A stretch of 63,535 bases of DNA, the filler included, from Reticulomyxa filosa (Eukaryota > Protista > Foraminifera), in NCBI GenBank assembly GCA_000512085.1. It is 22 parts of 22 records of this genome, joined end to end, with 100 filler letters (N's around TTAATTAATTAA, not from the genome) between each part and the next. Parts side by side here need not be neighbours in the genome. Positions count along the whole stretch, not along the records: positions 1 to 3,282 come from ASPP01007274.1; positions 3,383 to 4,449 come from ASPP01015203.1; positions 4,550 to 8,564 come from ASPP01035382.1; positions 8,665 to 10,801 come from ASPP01019990.1; positions 10,902 to 11,904 come from ASPP01019478.1; positions 12,005 to 14,175 come from ASPP01011717.1; 16 more parts are not named here. One strand, written 5' to 3'. This document shows, piece after piece, positions 1 through 12,460 of the stretch. Below the pieces are notes generated by a model. It did not search any database and was not told the origin of the DNA. It worked only from the letters and a program-made list of their open reading frames with translations. A program made the position numbers and the translations under genes. Position 1 is the first letter of the stretch, and each line of letters begins with the position of its first letter.

Positions 1-21
1 AAAAAAAAAAAAAACTCTTAC

Positions 22-419
22 CAGCTACCAGTGCATAAGCCAGCCCTTGAGGAATGGACATGACACCACTGGTCAAACCACCTATTACATCACCCACTAA
101 GTATGTCTTGGGCTTGTAACGTGGCAACCAGTACACGATGGGAAAGTACGCTTTCCATCCCAGACTTGCACACGGAAACCATTTGTCGATCTTTGACTCA
201 GGTCTTCTGGGAGTCGGTGGAACCAAACGAAATTCATTGTTGTCCTCCGCACGTGCTTAAAAAGGGGGGGGGTTCATTTAGTGTTCTTTTTTTGGTTTTG
301 TTTCTTAAGATCCTCGAAATTGCAAAATATAATTTGAACATGGTTTTTTGGACACAACATGACTGGAAAAAAAACAAAAAAACTGATGTTGGCATACCAA
401 GAGACTTAGATTCTTGCAT
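22..419 (-). CDS. SLC26/SulP family anion (sulfate) transporter, 5' exons (partial)
   Basis: Manual splice: exon 419-398 (MQESKSL), GT..AG intron 397-256, exon 255-22. The second exon reads ...WKAYFPIVYWLPRYKPKTYLVGDVIGGLTSGVMSIPQGLAYALVA followed by a GTAAG donor. This is the SLC26 N-terminal signature (FP..WLP.Y...L.GD..G.T.G...IPQG.AYA). It is absent from the ORF track. Confidence 0.9.
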
Positions 420-942
420 TGTAGTGCCCTCGAGAAAAAAAATAGAATGCTTAAATAAGAAGCGAATAGATGTCTGAGCTTGTGCTGATTTCCCTGAGGG
501 GTGAACTTTTAGAGAGTCAAGCAGCTGTGTAGAATATCCAAAGAAACGTACTTTTGTTTTAATAGGGAATTGGGGTGCTTGTCTTGTACTATCACACAGG
601 TAAAATTATTAATTTTAAACAACAGAACTACAATACATTTTTCGTTTTACAGCAATCTTTCTTTTTTTTCCTACTCTGTGCTTTTGCAAAAAACTACAAA
701 AAGCAGCAAAGAAAATGCCAGCAAAACGTGGTTTTATTTTTAAAAAATGTTAAGTTTAAAAGTCCGATACTCTTGAAACGGAGGGCTGTTGCTCTAGTTT
801 TAGTTTTGTGCTGGCTGAAGGAAAAATAAAAAGAGCGAGAAAATTTAGCAAAAATTTTGAATATGAGCTAAAAAAAAATTAAGCAGACTCTTAAAATAGT
901 TATTTGGTTGCTGGTAAAATTTTGTAAAGCAAAAAAAAAAAC

Positions 943-2634
943 AATGGGTCTTGTGGCAAAACGATTGTTGGAATACAAGTTGATCGAATTGCTTTTCTCG
1001 TGACTTTTTTTTCGTGTGCCATTTTATTTATAATCCACACCTATGTCACACTAAAGTTTATTAAAAAACAACGAGTCGAATCACGCAATCACATTCCCTC
1101 ATTATCAGCGCGGGCCAGATGGGTGATGATATGTCGTCATTGCAATTGGAGGGTAATCCCAAAGACGTTTTATAGATGGGCGTGTTATTTTTTGGCATGT
1201 CAATCACTACTGCTTTATCTGTTGATGAATCTGGCCGAGCTTGTCAACTATTGGTTTATAAATGATGTGTCAGTGTCCTGTTATCATCTGAAGCTGACAG
1301 CGTTGTATTTGTACCATATCGCCAAATTATCCAATTACATGGTGTTTTTACTTCGCTTAAGGAATATATTCGACGAAGCCAATTTGTGGAGTCTGTCTTA
1401 TGTCAAGTATGGTATGACAGGATTTTGCATTTTCCTCGGTTGTCTTTTTCCGGGATTGTTCTTTGATCCGTTGGTTTACAAAGGAAAGATGACTGATGTT
1501 GAGGGCATCCGTTATTGTGTTGCACGGCGTTAAGCGTCGCTATTTTGTTTTATATGGACATATATTTCTATTTGCATGTGTATGTTTTGTATAATCTCAA
1601 GAGAATGTTTATAGCTGGAGGTGTTCTCTCACGTATACACCTCCGCTCTAAATGATCAATGTCAGCAAAACATTCAAGCACACAATTCAGTAGCAGAGTG
1701 CATATACGATTCACACATACATACACACGCACGTATACACAATTTAAAAAAAATATATAAGTATGCACATATACATTTATATACATATATATATATTTAT
1801 ACATATATAACTACTTATATTTGCGTATGGACAAATAAAGCTCCTCGTTGGGTGGTATATTGGTTTCTCACATGTGATACCCTTATTGGAGTAATAAGCC
1901 TGTTTTTGTTTTGGAAGCCATTGAATGACATCCAGAAGCAAATGCACAGATTAAATAGTCTTCCACTCCCGAAGCTCATCCAAGATCATTCACAGCCGCC
2001 AGACTTCTCACCAACACTCCAAGTGCCCGAAGCAAACCGAAGTGCTAGTGTGTTGCATGTGTCAGCATGTGACAATAGAATTGCTTGTGTCATTCAAAAA
2101 TATGTTATTTTAATTACAAGTTAAATTTTTTTTTTTTTTTTTTTATATGACGCTGCATTGTGCACGCATATATATACGTACATATACATCCTAGTCGGAA
2201 TGGTGTCAACTGTGTTGAGTGTGCTCTTGTTTTCCTTGACTGGGATCCTCACCTTTATTTCCATTGATTCCATCATCAGCAGTTTTATCTCTTTTTTTTT
2301 TTTTTTTTTTTTCCTACCCTTCTTTCCACTAACAATTGTGGTAAAAGGACTATTTCGTTTCATTCGTTGCAAAAAAAAAAAATTATTAAAAAACATGGAC
2401 ATAATAATTAATCTAGGTCTTTGTTTGATGCTTATGACGAGTTGGTATGGTAACACGTTTCGGTACCTGTGCTTTTCGTGCGTGAAAGTGACGGAGTGGG
2501 TGTACTCGCAAGATAAGACACTCACGCTTGAGAGGGGCCGAAATGAGCAAAATGCCAAGCAATCTGCTTCACAACTCTCAAGTATTCATGACCAAACCCC
2601 TGCACGTGGATCAACCTCTAACGGAAACCGATAA
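943..2634 (+). CDS. Seven-transmembrane GPCR-like protein (4 exons)
   Basis: Phase-compatible introns 1529-1840, 2120-2194 and 2282-2416 join three ORFs into a protein with seven hydrophobic segments. There is a Cys at the start of TM3 and in ECL2 (RYCV), LRL at the end of TM3, a long ICL3, and a post-TM7 FRYLCFSC. The start codon is uncertain: the ATG at 944 is out of frame. Confidence 0.7.
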
Positions 2635-2837
2635 GCATTAAATAAATGAAAAAAAAGAAAGAGGAAAAAAAAGAGCTGATATTGTCGTTGTTGTTGTTTT
2701 GTACAAGATTGCTGTTTGTTTTGAAAAGAAAAAAAATACAATTTTAGCATTTTTCGAATCTACAAAAAAATAAAATGAAACAAAAGAGTTTTTATCTTCT
2801 TCTCTCCCCCTTACGTGAATGTTAAAAAAATAAAATT

Positions 2838-3086
2838 ATGATGCTCTCAGTAGCTGGCTATATGTCACTAGTCTTGTTCTTATTCTTGTGTTTGCTGTGT
2901 CTCCTTGAGACAAGCAACGGAGTAGGAATGGTAGGACATAGTTTAATTTCGCAAAGAGCAAGGCAGTACTACTTGCCAGAAGAAGATGTGGACGCAAATC
3001 TGACCTACTATTACGACCTGGCAAGAAAATACGTGCACTCGATACAAGGTGGTTCACCTTTCCCGGACTACCTTTACGAATGGTAG
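2838..3086 (+). CDS. Putative secreted protein, first exon (partial)
   Basis: Hydrophobic signal-peptide-like N-terminus (MSLVLFLFLCLLCLLETSNG), followed by a GTAGT donor and a T-rich intron-like tract. Confidence 0.45.
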   Translation: MMLSVAGYMSLVLFLFLCLLCLLETSNGVGMVGHSLISQRARQYYLPEEDVDANLTYYYDLARKYVHSIQGGSPFPDYLYEW

Positions 3087-3282
3087 TCTTTTTTTTTTTC
3101 CTTTTCAAATGAGGAGAAAGAATAACAATAATAAGAGTAATAAGAAGAAAAAGAATGAGAAAAGAAAAACAAATTTTTTTTGTATCATTAAAATAGCGGT
3201 CGTAACCATGATGCCGGGGAAGCAGCGCACTGGGTTCCATTTCAAGTTTAGAAGAACAAAAAAAAAAAAAAAAAAAAAAAAA

Positions 3283-3382
3283 NNNNNNNNNNNNNNNNNN
3301 NNNNNNNNNNNNNNNNNNNNNNNNNNTTAATTAATTAANNNNNNNNNNNNNNNNNNNNNNNNNNNNNNNNNNNNNNNNNNNN
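3283..3382. other. Artificial contig spacer (N44-TTAATTAATTAA-N44); 21 copies in the window
   Basis: The same 100-nt linker starts at 3283, 4450, 8565, 10802, 11905, 14176, 18004, 20331, 24998, 26596, 31381, 32636, 35900, 40107, 41231, 43562, 45382, 55144, 56516, 59622 and 62436. Its core puts stop codons in all six frames. Confidence 0.99.
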
Positions 3383-4295
3383 TTCAATCAGACTCAGCAC
3401 GTCGCCCATGCCAAGGATCCGTGATGCGATCCGATCCGGATGGAATGGCTCCAGCGCATCCGTTTTTTCGCCCATACCGATAAACTTGATAGGTTTACCG
3501 GTAATGTGACGGATAGATAAAGCGGCACCGCCGCGGGCATCACCATCAGCCTTGGTCAGGATCACGCCAGTCAGTGGCAACGCCTCATTAAAGGCTTTTG
3601 CCGTATTGGCGGCATCCTGACCTGTCATCGCATCGACGACAAACAGCGTTTCAATCGGTTTGATGGCGGCATGTAAGGCTTTGATTTCATCCATCATCTC
3701 GCTGTCAACGTGCAAACGGCCAGCGGTATCAACTAACAGAATGTCATAAAAACCTAATTTGGCGGCACTAATAGCACTATTGACAATATCAACCGGTTTT
3801 TGGCTGATGTCGCTTGGGTGAAAGCTGACACCGACGTCACGCGCCAGAGTTTCCAGCTGTTTGATCGCTGCCGGACGGTAAACGTCAGCCGACACCACCA
3901 TCACTTTTTCTTTTACGCTCTTTGAGGAATTTAGCCAGTTTACCGACCGAGGTGGTTTTACCGGCGCCCTGCAAACCTGCCATCAGCACCACTGCAGGTG
4001 GTTGGGTGTTTAACTGCAGCTCCTCGTTTGCCTCGCCCATCGCTTCTTCCAGCGCCTGGCGAACAATTTTTAAAAATTCCTGGCCAGGAGTCAGGCTTTT
4101 GCTGACTTCCAGTCCAACAGAACGTTCTTTGACCTGATTAACAAAATCCCGCACTACCGGCAGCGCAACGTCGGCTTCCAGCAACGCCATCCGCACTTCG
4201 CGCAGCGTCTCTTTGATATTGTCCTCGGTCAAACGACCGCGGCCGGTAATATTTTTCAGCGTTCGCGTCAGGCGATCAGACAGATTGTCAAACAT
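3383..4295 (-). CDS. ffh: Bacterial signal recognition particle protein Ffh (partial, one apparent frameshift near 3905)
   Basis: Reads MFDNLSDRLTRTLKNITGRGRLTEDNIKETLREVRMALLEADVALPVV, with GLQGAGKTT, DVYRPAA, DTAGRLH, TKADGDARGGAALS and PFHPDRIASRILGMGD. It is very close to gammaproteobacterial Ffh. The contig is intronless and GC-richer than the rest. Confidence 0.97.
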
Positions 4296-5179
4296 GGATG
4301 GATCCGGTTCGTCCCAAAATGGCGGCGAGTATAACAAAAGCAACCACAGGCGTCAGCCGCACAGTTAATGAATCTCACACTGTCAATCTGGCCGCCCTTC
4401 TCTTACAATGGGCTTTCGATGCAACGAAAGCGGAATTTTTGCATGTCGGNNNNNNNNNNNNNNNNNNNNNNNNNNNNNNNNNNNNNNNNNNNNTTAATTA
4501 ATTAANNNNNNNNNNNNNNNNNNNNNNNNNNNNNNNNNNNNNNNNNNNNTTTTTTTTTTACTTTATTTTTTTAATAAAATGTATGTATGCGTTTGAATAT
4601 GCATATATCCAAAAAAAAGCGTTTGTACTACTCCCCTCCCTGTGCAAAAGAAAAAAAAATTATAGAGTATTGGAATTAGAGCGTTGAGCCCAAGGCAAAA
4701 GTAAGTTTTGTTTTTGTTTTTTTTGAAATGGAAAAAGTTTGATTTGTGAATGATCAACAGAGTCGACAGCAAATCACGATTGGGAAACTTTTGTTTTATT
4801 TTATTTTATTTCTATTTCTATTTGAGAGGGATAGGGAAAATATGGATGGGAAAATGATTGGGAAAAAAAGGGATGAGAAAATTGTTGGAGAAAATAAAAA
4901 ATAAAAGTAAAAAAATACATAAAAATTTTATTTGAGAAAAATGAAAAAATAGAAAAGAATGATAAAATAAAAAAAAATAAAAATGTTGAAAATTAAAAAA
5001 AAAGATGGCAATTGAAAAAATTGAAAAAAAAATAAAAAGAGAAAAAAATGAAAACAATAAAAAAAAAGAGACAATATATAAAAAGAGAAAAAAGATAAAA
5101 AAAGTAAAATGGAAAATGGGAGGGATAAAAAAGAATGAAGAAGAATAAGAAAAAAGAAAAAAACAAAACAATACGATTT

Positions 5180-8100
5180 ACATGTTCCAGCTCGACTGTT
5201 ATAAAAATGACGCTAACTCGTCATGTCGAAACTTATCGTATGCGTACGCACATTCGCGACTTTGGGTTTCAAACAGTGCATACGCTGATGTAATGAATCG
5301 ATCGCAACGAATACGCCCCCAAGCCTGAAAAAAAAAAGTTACTTCCAATTATCAAATCGACAATCGAAACATTGTGAAATGCCCGCGTAAAGTGTGTATA
5401 TCGTCAAAAGGGACGTTGACATTCAAGAAGTGAGAAAGAAAGTGAAAACCGAAATAATATCGCGTTGGACATGTTAAAAAAAGTCTCCAGATTTGCTAGT
5501 ATAGTTATGCACTGGATCTTTCACGCCAACTAGCAGAAACTTCTTGTTTCAAGATATTCATTAAATTCCAATAGAACGCTCCGATCAAAGAAAATGAATA
5601 AGTATGTGTGAATGATTTGGCCATCATAGGTGAACACAAGTCTCTGGCGATGTGACAAGACAATAATCATCAGCAAAGAAGTAGGCGAGATGCGATTTAA
5701 ATGTCCCAACGAGCAAGTAAAGCGCGATTGTTATAAAAATAACGTAGACTACTAGTGCCAAAACTGGCCGTGAGCGCGCACATTCGCAACATTGGCTTTG
5801 TAGTAGTCGTTCGTGTGCTGCTGATTTAAGAAATGGTGATAGCGCGAGTGTCATAAGCACTAATTATTGTGAAAAGATAGATAACTGTCTAAGTTCGGCA
5901 AAGATAATCGACAGACGCAATGCAATATATTCTTGCAGGATTGTCTTCATATCGACTGTTGATCATAGACGACTTGTTGGATGCTACGAAATACTTTATA
6001 TCCCAGTAATTGGAGAACATTAAAGCGCTTATCCAAATATTATTGAATGAACGCATGGCGATTGATGTAAAAATTTCTAAGAACGACCATTATCAAATGC
6101 CAATGTGTCCTCGTCATAAAGGTAGCAGACTGGATAAACGTCGTATTTTGAAAATATCCATCATAAGATTGCATTGGAATAGTTGAAGAAAGATATCTTC
6201 AATTGAACTTTGACATTTTTCGTAGTCGGGCAGCATCAAGATCTATAAAGAAAGACTTGAAAATACCACGCAGAAAAAAAAAAAGATATCGATGATGTTC
6301 GTGCTCTTTTTTCTGACTTTCTTCCTCTTTTATCCCATCTTTTTCTTTTTCTGTCTTTTGTTTCTTTTTTACATTGTTCCATTATTCGTCTTATTTCCAC
6401 TATTTCCCTGAAACAAATTCGTATTATTGTGATCCTCTGTATTCATTTTGCGCTTTCTCGCGTTTTCATGGGCCTTCGATTGTTTTTGTGATCAACGTGA
6501 TGAAGATGGAATCGAGTTCGAAGTGACTTCGTTGGAAAATGAAGCGTACACTGACTTGGAAGTTCCTCTGTTGTTTCCATCGTCTTTGGATAACAAATTA
6601 GTATTAATCGTGGAAGAGATTTCATCTACATTTTTGATTGTAATTATATCTTTGTTCAAGTTTATGTTTGTGATGATGATTGTGATTAGAGTTGTGATTG
6701 TAATTGAAATGATGAATAGCATGGTTGTTGAACACTTCATTGTCTAAATTATTATTTGAAGGATTCAAGGATGCAAGATGTACTTCCGTGTTTTGAGAGG
6801 TATAATAATCGAGTGGAAGATTCTGTTCACTGTTCCCATTGCATTTGCAATGGTCAATGGTAAGTGCAAATCACACAATAAAAACCAAGAAAATTACGTG
6901 TGTATTTGGCTTGTTTCTGTTTGGAGTAATTACATACCTAGTGTAGACGCAAAGGGGGGGAAAAAGACCAAGTGATTAACTGGGGTTTGTGGACGTTTTC
7001 CACGTTCCATTGGTAATGCTGATAAGCGGACTGACAAATTGGTTTGGAAGATTGATGTGGGGATGTTCTTGTGCTTCTGTTGGGGACCTTCGGATGTGCA
7101 TTTTCGACGCATTGATTTCGCCATTCCTCATAGTGACAGGACAGCTTTATCAATGATTTGCTCTTTTCATCGGTCAATTTTGGTATATTTGCACTTGTTA
7201 CATTCGTTGAAAGATAGGTCATTGTTATTGCTATAATCGCTGCTATTGCCATTGATAGGGATGCCCGCGCTGGTGCTGTTGCTAGTATCATTGACAGGCT
7301 GAAAAAAAAGAAAAATAACACTCTTTGTTGTTGTATTAGATTTGAATTTAAATGTGAATAGAAGATTGGGGTAATTTGGGAAAAGTATTGGGAGAGTTGA
7401 CGTTTGCTGTGATGTGGCAACAAAACGCGGATAGTTGTCATCATGGACGCTGCAGACGTAGTTAGTAACAGCAACTCGCTACCTCTACCCATTTGAGGCG
7501 AACTTGCCCCTATTCGGTGCAAAGCATACGATGGTGTCATCTTTCGCTTGTCGTCTTCCAAGTCCTTGCAAATTTTGGGATTGGTCCGCAAAATGGTGAC
7601 AAATTGTGGAAAAAAAAAAAGTATTGTTGCTGATGTGTCTCGGGCCAATGCACAACAAAGTCCATATTCGAAGACTCAAAGTAAACGCTTAATTCGTAGG
7701 AACCATAGTTACACACATATGATCTCTGCCTGCTCATCGTTCATTCGTCCTTTTGAACAAGACACTGTTCGAATCAATTCACAAGCCATTTTCTCAATAT
7801 CCGCTATCACGCGAATGCGCTTTGTTGTCTTCATGCAAAAGGGTTCACTCTCATCGCATCAATTCCACATTGCGATGCGTGGTGACAGGATGCTCTTTTC
7901 GACAATTTAAACGATTTGATTGGTTCCAATTTTCTTCCTTCTTATTGCTTGGTAGAGACACATGGATTGTCAACAGCACTGCCATACCAATTCAATGTCA
8001 TTGTCATCGTCGTCATAGCTTTATCTCTCAAGTTCGATTGTAATGCATATGTATCTGTCAACGTATTGTTGTCAGTGTCGTCGTTGTCATTGTTGTTTTA

Positions 8101-8300
8101 ATGCTTTTTGTTGATCTCTTCATTTGCATCTTCATCATTACCACCCTTATGTCATGTTTGTCAATGCCATCACCGTTTTTGTTATTACTATGGGTACCAA
8201 GTATTTGCGTTGGCGATTCCATACATTTGGTCCCTTCTTTCTGCTTCTTTACATCAAATTTGCTTACAAACATTGTTCGCGTATTCGTTTTCTTTTTTTT
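5180..8300 (-). pseudogene. Degenerate or fragmented coding sequence (N/T-rich low-complexity part plus a hydrophobic segment), function unknown
   Basis: Protein-like minus-strand stretches are interrupted by many stops and frame changes. No family recognised. Confidence 0.3.
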
Positions 8301-8926
8301 CCGATTTATTTGTCGTGATGCTATTTCAAAAAATACAAAATAAAAATATTTTTAATTAAAAAAAATCAAAGAGTAAATTCAAACCAATCGACAAACAACA
8401 AACAAAAAAACTTTAAACAGAAAAAGTTTTGATTAAAAAAATAGCAACAATCAGGGCAAAACAATTTGTAAAAGGAAAAAAGATATGATGGACACACAAG
8501 GCGCACACAAAACGAACACACAATGATCTGTTTTGTTATTGTCTGTTTGTATTGATGAAAAATCNNNNNNNNNNNNNNNNNNNNNNNNNNNNNNNNNNNN
8601 NNNNNNNNTTAATTAATTAANNNNNNNNNNNNNNNNNNNNNNNNNNNNNNNNNNNNNNNNNNNNAAGATTTGATCGATAATTAAATTTACCCTTAAAGTT
8701 TTAAAGCTGTAATTGTTCCTAAAATTTAGGAACGTAACATACGTCCAAGCTGTTCCCGAACAATGTATATCCTTTTCTTAATGGCAGATACATAAATATG
8801 ATAAGATTCCTTCTTTTCTTTCTTTCAAATGTTACTTTTGTTTCCAATAAAAATTTTGTAGTTCTTTTTCCTGTTCGCCCCAAAATTGAAAAACTCACCG
8901 AAAGAAAACTGTTTTTTTAGTTTAGT

Positions 8927-9693
8927 ATGACTAAATTGGAAACCCCCACCACCAACAAGAGCGTACAGTACGAAATATTACAACATAATGTCATTCTCCT
9001 GAGGGACGTATTGACAATCCCTCAGCAAGTGCAGCTTTGGAAGTGTATTCAAGAGTCATCACGACACTACAAAGAAACAAGAGCAAGAAATGCCAAATCA
9101 AATTTTATCAAAGTTTTAAGCTTTTCCACCGATGCTAAAAAATGGAAAAATAAAATTCCATCCATGTTTTATGATATAACAGACATTGCAGTTTTGTTGT
9201 TATTCAAAGAAACAATGTTTTGATAAAGAAAGAGCAATTATTCCAAAAAAAAAAATTTACAATATGTGTTGTTATTGACTGAATAAAATAGTGCCAAAGA
9301 GCATCTTCTGTGTCCAAATTTGTTCCCAATTCAATGCATCCAACGTATATCACGAGTTTTAAGTATCCAGTAAAAGGAGGAACTTTGACAGAACACGTAG
9401 ATGTGAAATCAAATTGGGTGGTTTTATACAGTTTAGGTAACTCAGCCAACTTTACTGTCAAGAGTCCTCAAATGCAACAAAAAAAGGCTTTTTCTTTCAA
9501 CAGTGGGGATGTCTTAGTCTTTGATGCCTCAGAAAAAGCTAAAATCAAGCATGGCATTACTCACATTATTGAAGACACAGTTCCGTCTGCACTCGTTGAT
9601 TGTTGTCCAGAACTGAAAGAATGGAGGGTTAGTATCCAGTTTCGAGTGTTTGGTGAATTGAAACCCTCTAAAACAACGTCTGGGTCAGAGTAA
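8927..9693 (+). CDS. AlkB-like 2-oxoglutarate/Fe(II) dioxygenase (2 exons, about 221 aa)
   Basis: Phase-0 intron 9191-9291. Motifs: Y...HVD (HxD), YSLGNSANF, SGDVLVF, distal HG, and C-terminal RVSIQFR. Confidence 0.85.
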
Positions 9694-10765
9694 AATTGTA
9701 ATTTCCTCAAGTTTTTACAAAAAAAGAAGTTCAAGTTAAAAAAAGGGAAAAACACGTTACTGTTTCAAAGTTACAGTTGAACCACTATGAACTAACACCT
9801 TGTCATGAGGTCAGATCCTGCACAAAAATCAACTTTTTTCTCTTTTTTTGCAAAAAAAGAACTTTTATAAAGGTACCTTTTAAAGAGTTTGAAAATATTA
9901 ATACGTTAATAATGCATTTTATGGTGTACAATTGAAGTTCTAAAATTTTCATACCAAAAGCAGATTTATTTTTCAACTCGCTTATATGAAAAACAAAACT
10001 TGCTTCATTTGGTAATGCGTACTTTGATACAGTTTGTAGTATTTGACTTTATTGTATATTCTGTCTACATATTGCGCTTGTTTTAGATTTGACGAACATT
10101 ATCAAGAAACATATCAGTATATTAACCTTTTAACAGGAAATTGAACTTTTTATTTACTAAAATATTTAATCGAATACATACTTGAGATTATGTCATTTTG
10201 GCATTTTATTATATATAAAACAAAATTGAATTGATGTAGACTTAATTTATTATTGTAATGATAATAGTATTAGTTTGAATGATTATGATCTTGCAGAAAC
10301 GATAAATATATTAAATCTAACGTGATGCTATAATGTGTTGCTTTGTTTCATATTTAATTTTATCATTGTTAGCATACTGCTAATTATGAATAATGTTTGT
10401 TTCAACTGATTGTAATATGAATAAAATGAGCATTTACAAATTGATTACAATATTATAATTGCAAAATTATAATAAAACAAAGCCAAGACATTGCATGCTA
10501 AGTCGATATATTATATTTCTAATTTCGTACTCGTAATAATAGCTATTCAAACTAACATATTGTTGTCATAATAATCAGAAGATTATTTCTTCAAAAATAT
10601 TCAATGTTTTGATTATCATATTGATAATATTAAGTGTATGAATATGCGATATATGATTTATGAACAATAGCGATATGCTTATAATTAGATATTTTTTGAT
10701 TTAATGAAACAACGAAAAAAAGAACTACAATTAATTATCTTTAAGATTATATATACTGTTATATA

Positions 10766-10801
10766 CAGTAGGTTGCAAAGAAAACTGAACGCCTAAAACG
10801 A
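10766..10801 (+). mobile_element. Tc1/mariner-like terminal sequence, copy 1 (truncated by contig end)
   Basis: TA|CAGTAGGTTGCAAAGAAAACTGAACGCCTAAAACGA; shared with the copies at 31294 and 45221. Confidence 0.65.
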
Positions 10802-12124
10802 NNNNNNNNNNNNNNNNNNNNNNNNNNNNNNNNNNNNNNNNNNNNTTAATTAATTAANNNNNNNNNNNNNNNNNNNNNNNNNNNNNNNNNNNNNNNNNNN
10901 NTCAAATGGAAGTATTTAACAATTACATATTATCAATATTATGTTCGAGTAAATCAGTCAAATAATGAATTTTGTTGGATGTGACTGTCATTTTTATTTT
11001 GATGAAACAAATGATATAATTTTTCGATTAATTGAATGATATCAATAATTTATACACGAACAGACAAGCTAACAATTGTTTTAAATGAAAAAAAGTGATG
11101 ACACTGTTCTTTTTTTGTGTTTAAAATGATAAGCAGCATAATCGAAAGAAAGAGAAAAGTTATATTTGCATAATAAAAATGAAAGGATTAAGCAATTATA
11201 ATCCCCGTTTCAATCATTCCAAATGATCCGTACCATGTTAGGTACTCAAATTGTCTGATTTTTGCAAGTAAATGGATTATACTAGTGGAAGTTTGTCAAA
11301 TTTTGTTGAGGAAAAAAACATATTTGACAGAGTTTTGCTGCTCACTGACTCATTCATTATTTGCTACAAGTGATTATGCCTTTCATTCAAGTAAGGAAAT
11401 ATATTTTGAGTTAATCACAGAAATGCAAAAATATTTTATACTAATGAATAATTTTTTTTTTTAATAAAAAACAGCTGATGTACTGTTTGACACACAACCG
11501 ATGAAAGTTCGTTTTTCTTTACTTTTTGCTTTTGTTTCAAATATCGCAATACAAACCAACAACAATGGGCAAAAACTATTCCTTAAAAACAAGCTGTGAT
11601 AGCAAGATCGTCTTGAAACCCCCATTAATTTGCAGTCACAAATTGCATCAAATATCCAATCTTTGTTTTTTCAAAAAAGCTCTAGTTGCAACAGAGTCAA
11701 ATCCTTTCTACATTTACTTATTCCGCATCAAATTGTGAGTTTATATATTCTCCAATTTGAAATTAAATGAATTTAAATATTAACAAAATTTCATTTTTCA
11801 TCAACTAAACAAAATTGGAACTTGTTACGACCCTTTTTCTACAGTTTTGTACCAAGTTCGTTCCAGTGCCAGCGCCGGTGGTGAAAATATTGATGATTAC
11901 TGCCNNNNNNNNNNNNNNNNNNNNNNNNNNNNNNNNNNNNNNNNNNNNTTAATTAATTAANNNNNNNNNNNNNNNNNNNNNNNNNNNNNNNNNNNNNNNN
12001 NNNNGTGAGAACAATAGAAGCGATCAAAATTTCAAATTATCTTTTTTTTTTTTTTTTTTGTCAAGTGTTATATGAAGAACGGTTTATTTTTTTTTTTGTA
12101 GTAATATGATTGCAAAATGGGCGT

Positions 12125-12429
12125 TCAAACAACAAAGCCGCGTCGGTTATCGACAATGGTGATGACACTGAAAGGAGCATTGACAATGCAATAGAAAATC
12201 TCCCACTCTTTGTTGGTTTTCACCATATCAACATCAATCCTCGCTTCTCCTTTGCTGCCGTGGACATAATACACCACTTGGACGTGCTCTCCAACTTCAT
12301 CTCGGAACGTAGCACTCTGCCGGACTTGCCTTGCAAAGATATCGCTACCAATAGCGCGAATAACCTTCAATCAAACAAAAGAGAGTTTTTCTTTTAAAAT
12401 TCCCTTTTCGATATACACATGCATATATG

Positions 12430-12460
<31 letters not shown>

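Noticed and set aside
3885-3920. Possible programmed frameshift in ffh
   Set aside because: It lies in A homopolymers of an essential gene, and similar homopolymer slips occur elsewhere in the window, so sequencing error is more likely.
4818-5171. Phe-rich 117-aa ORF that looks like a membrane protein
   Set aside because: It is the translation of low-complexity T-rich sequence.
8714-8732. Short hairpin GTTCCTAAA-A-TTTAGGAAC, and ATCCAGT...ACTGGAT near 28640
   Set aside because: Isolated short inverted repeats are expected by chance in AT-rich DNA, and there is no supporting context.
11823-11904. GC-richer contig end starting TGTTACGACCC, possibly an LTR start
   Set aside because: No second copy, primer-binding site or target-site duplication is visible in the window.
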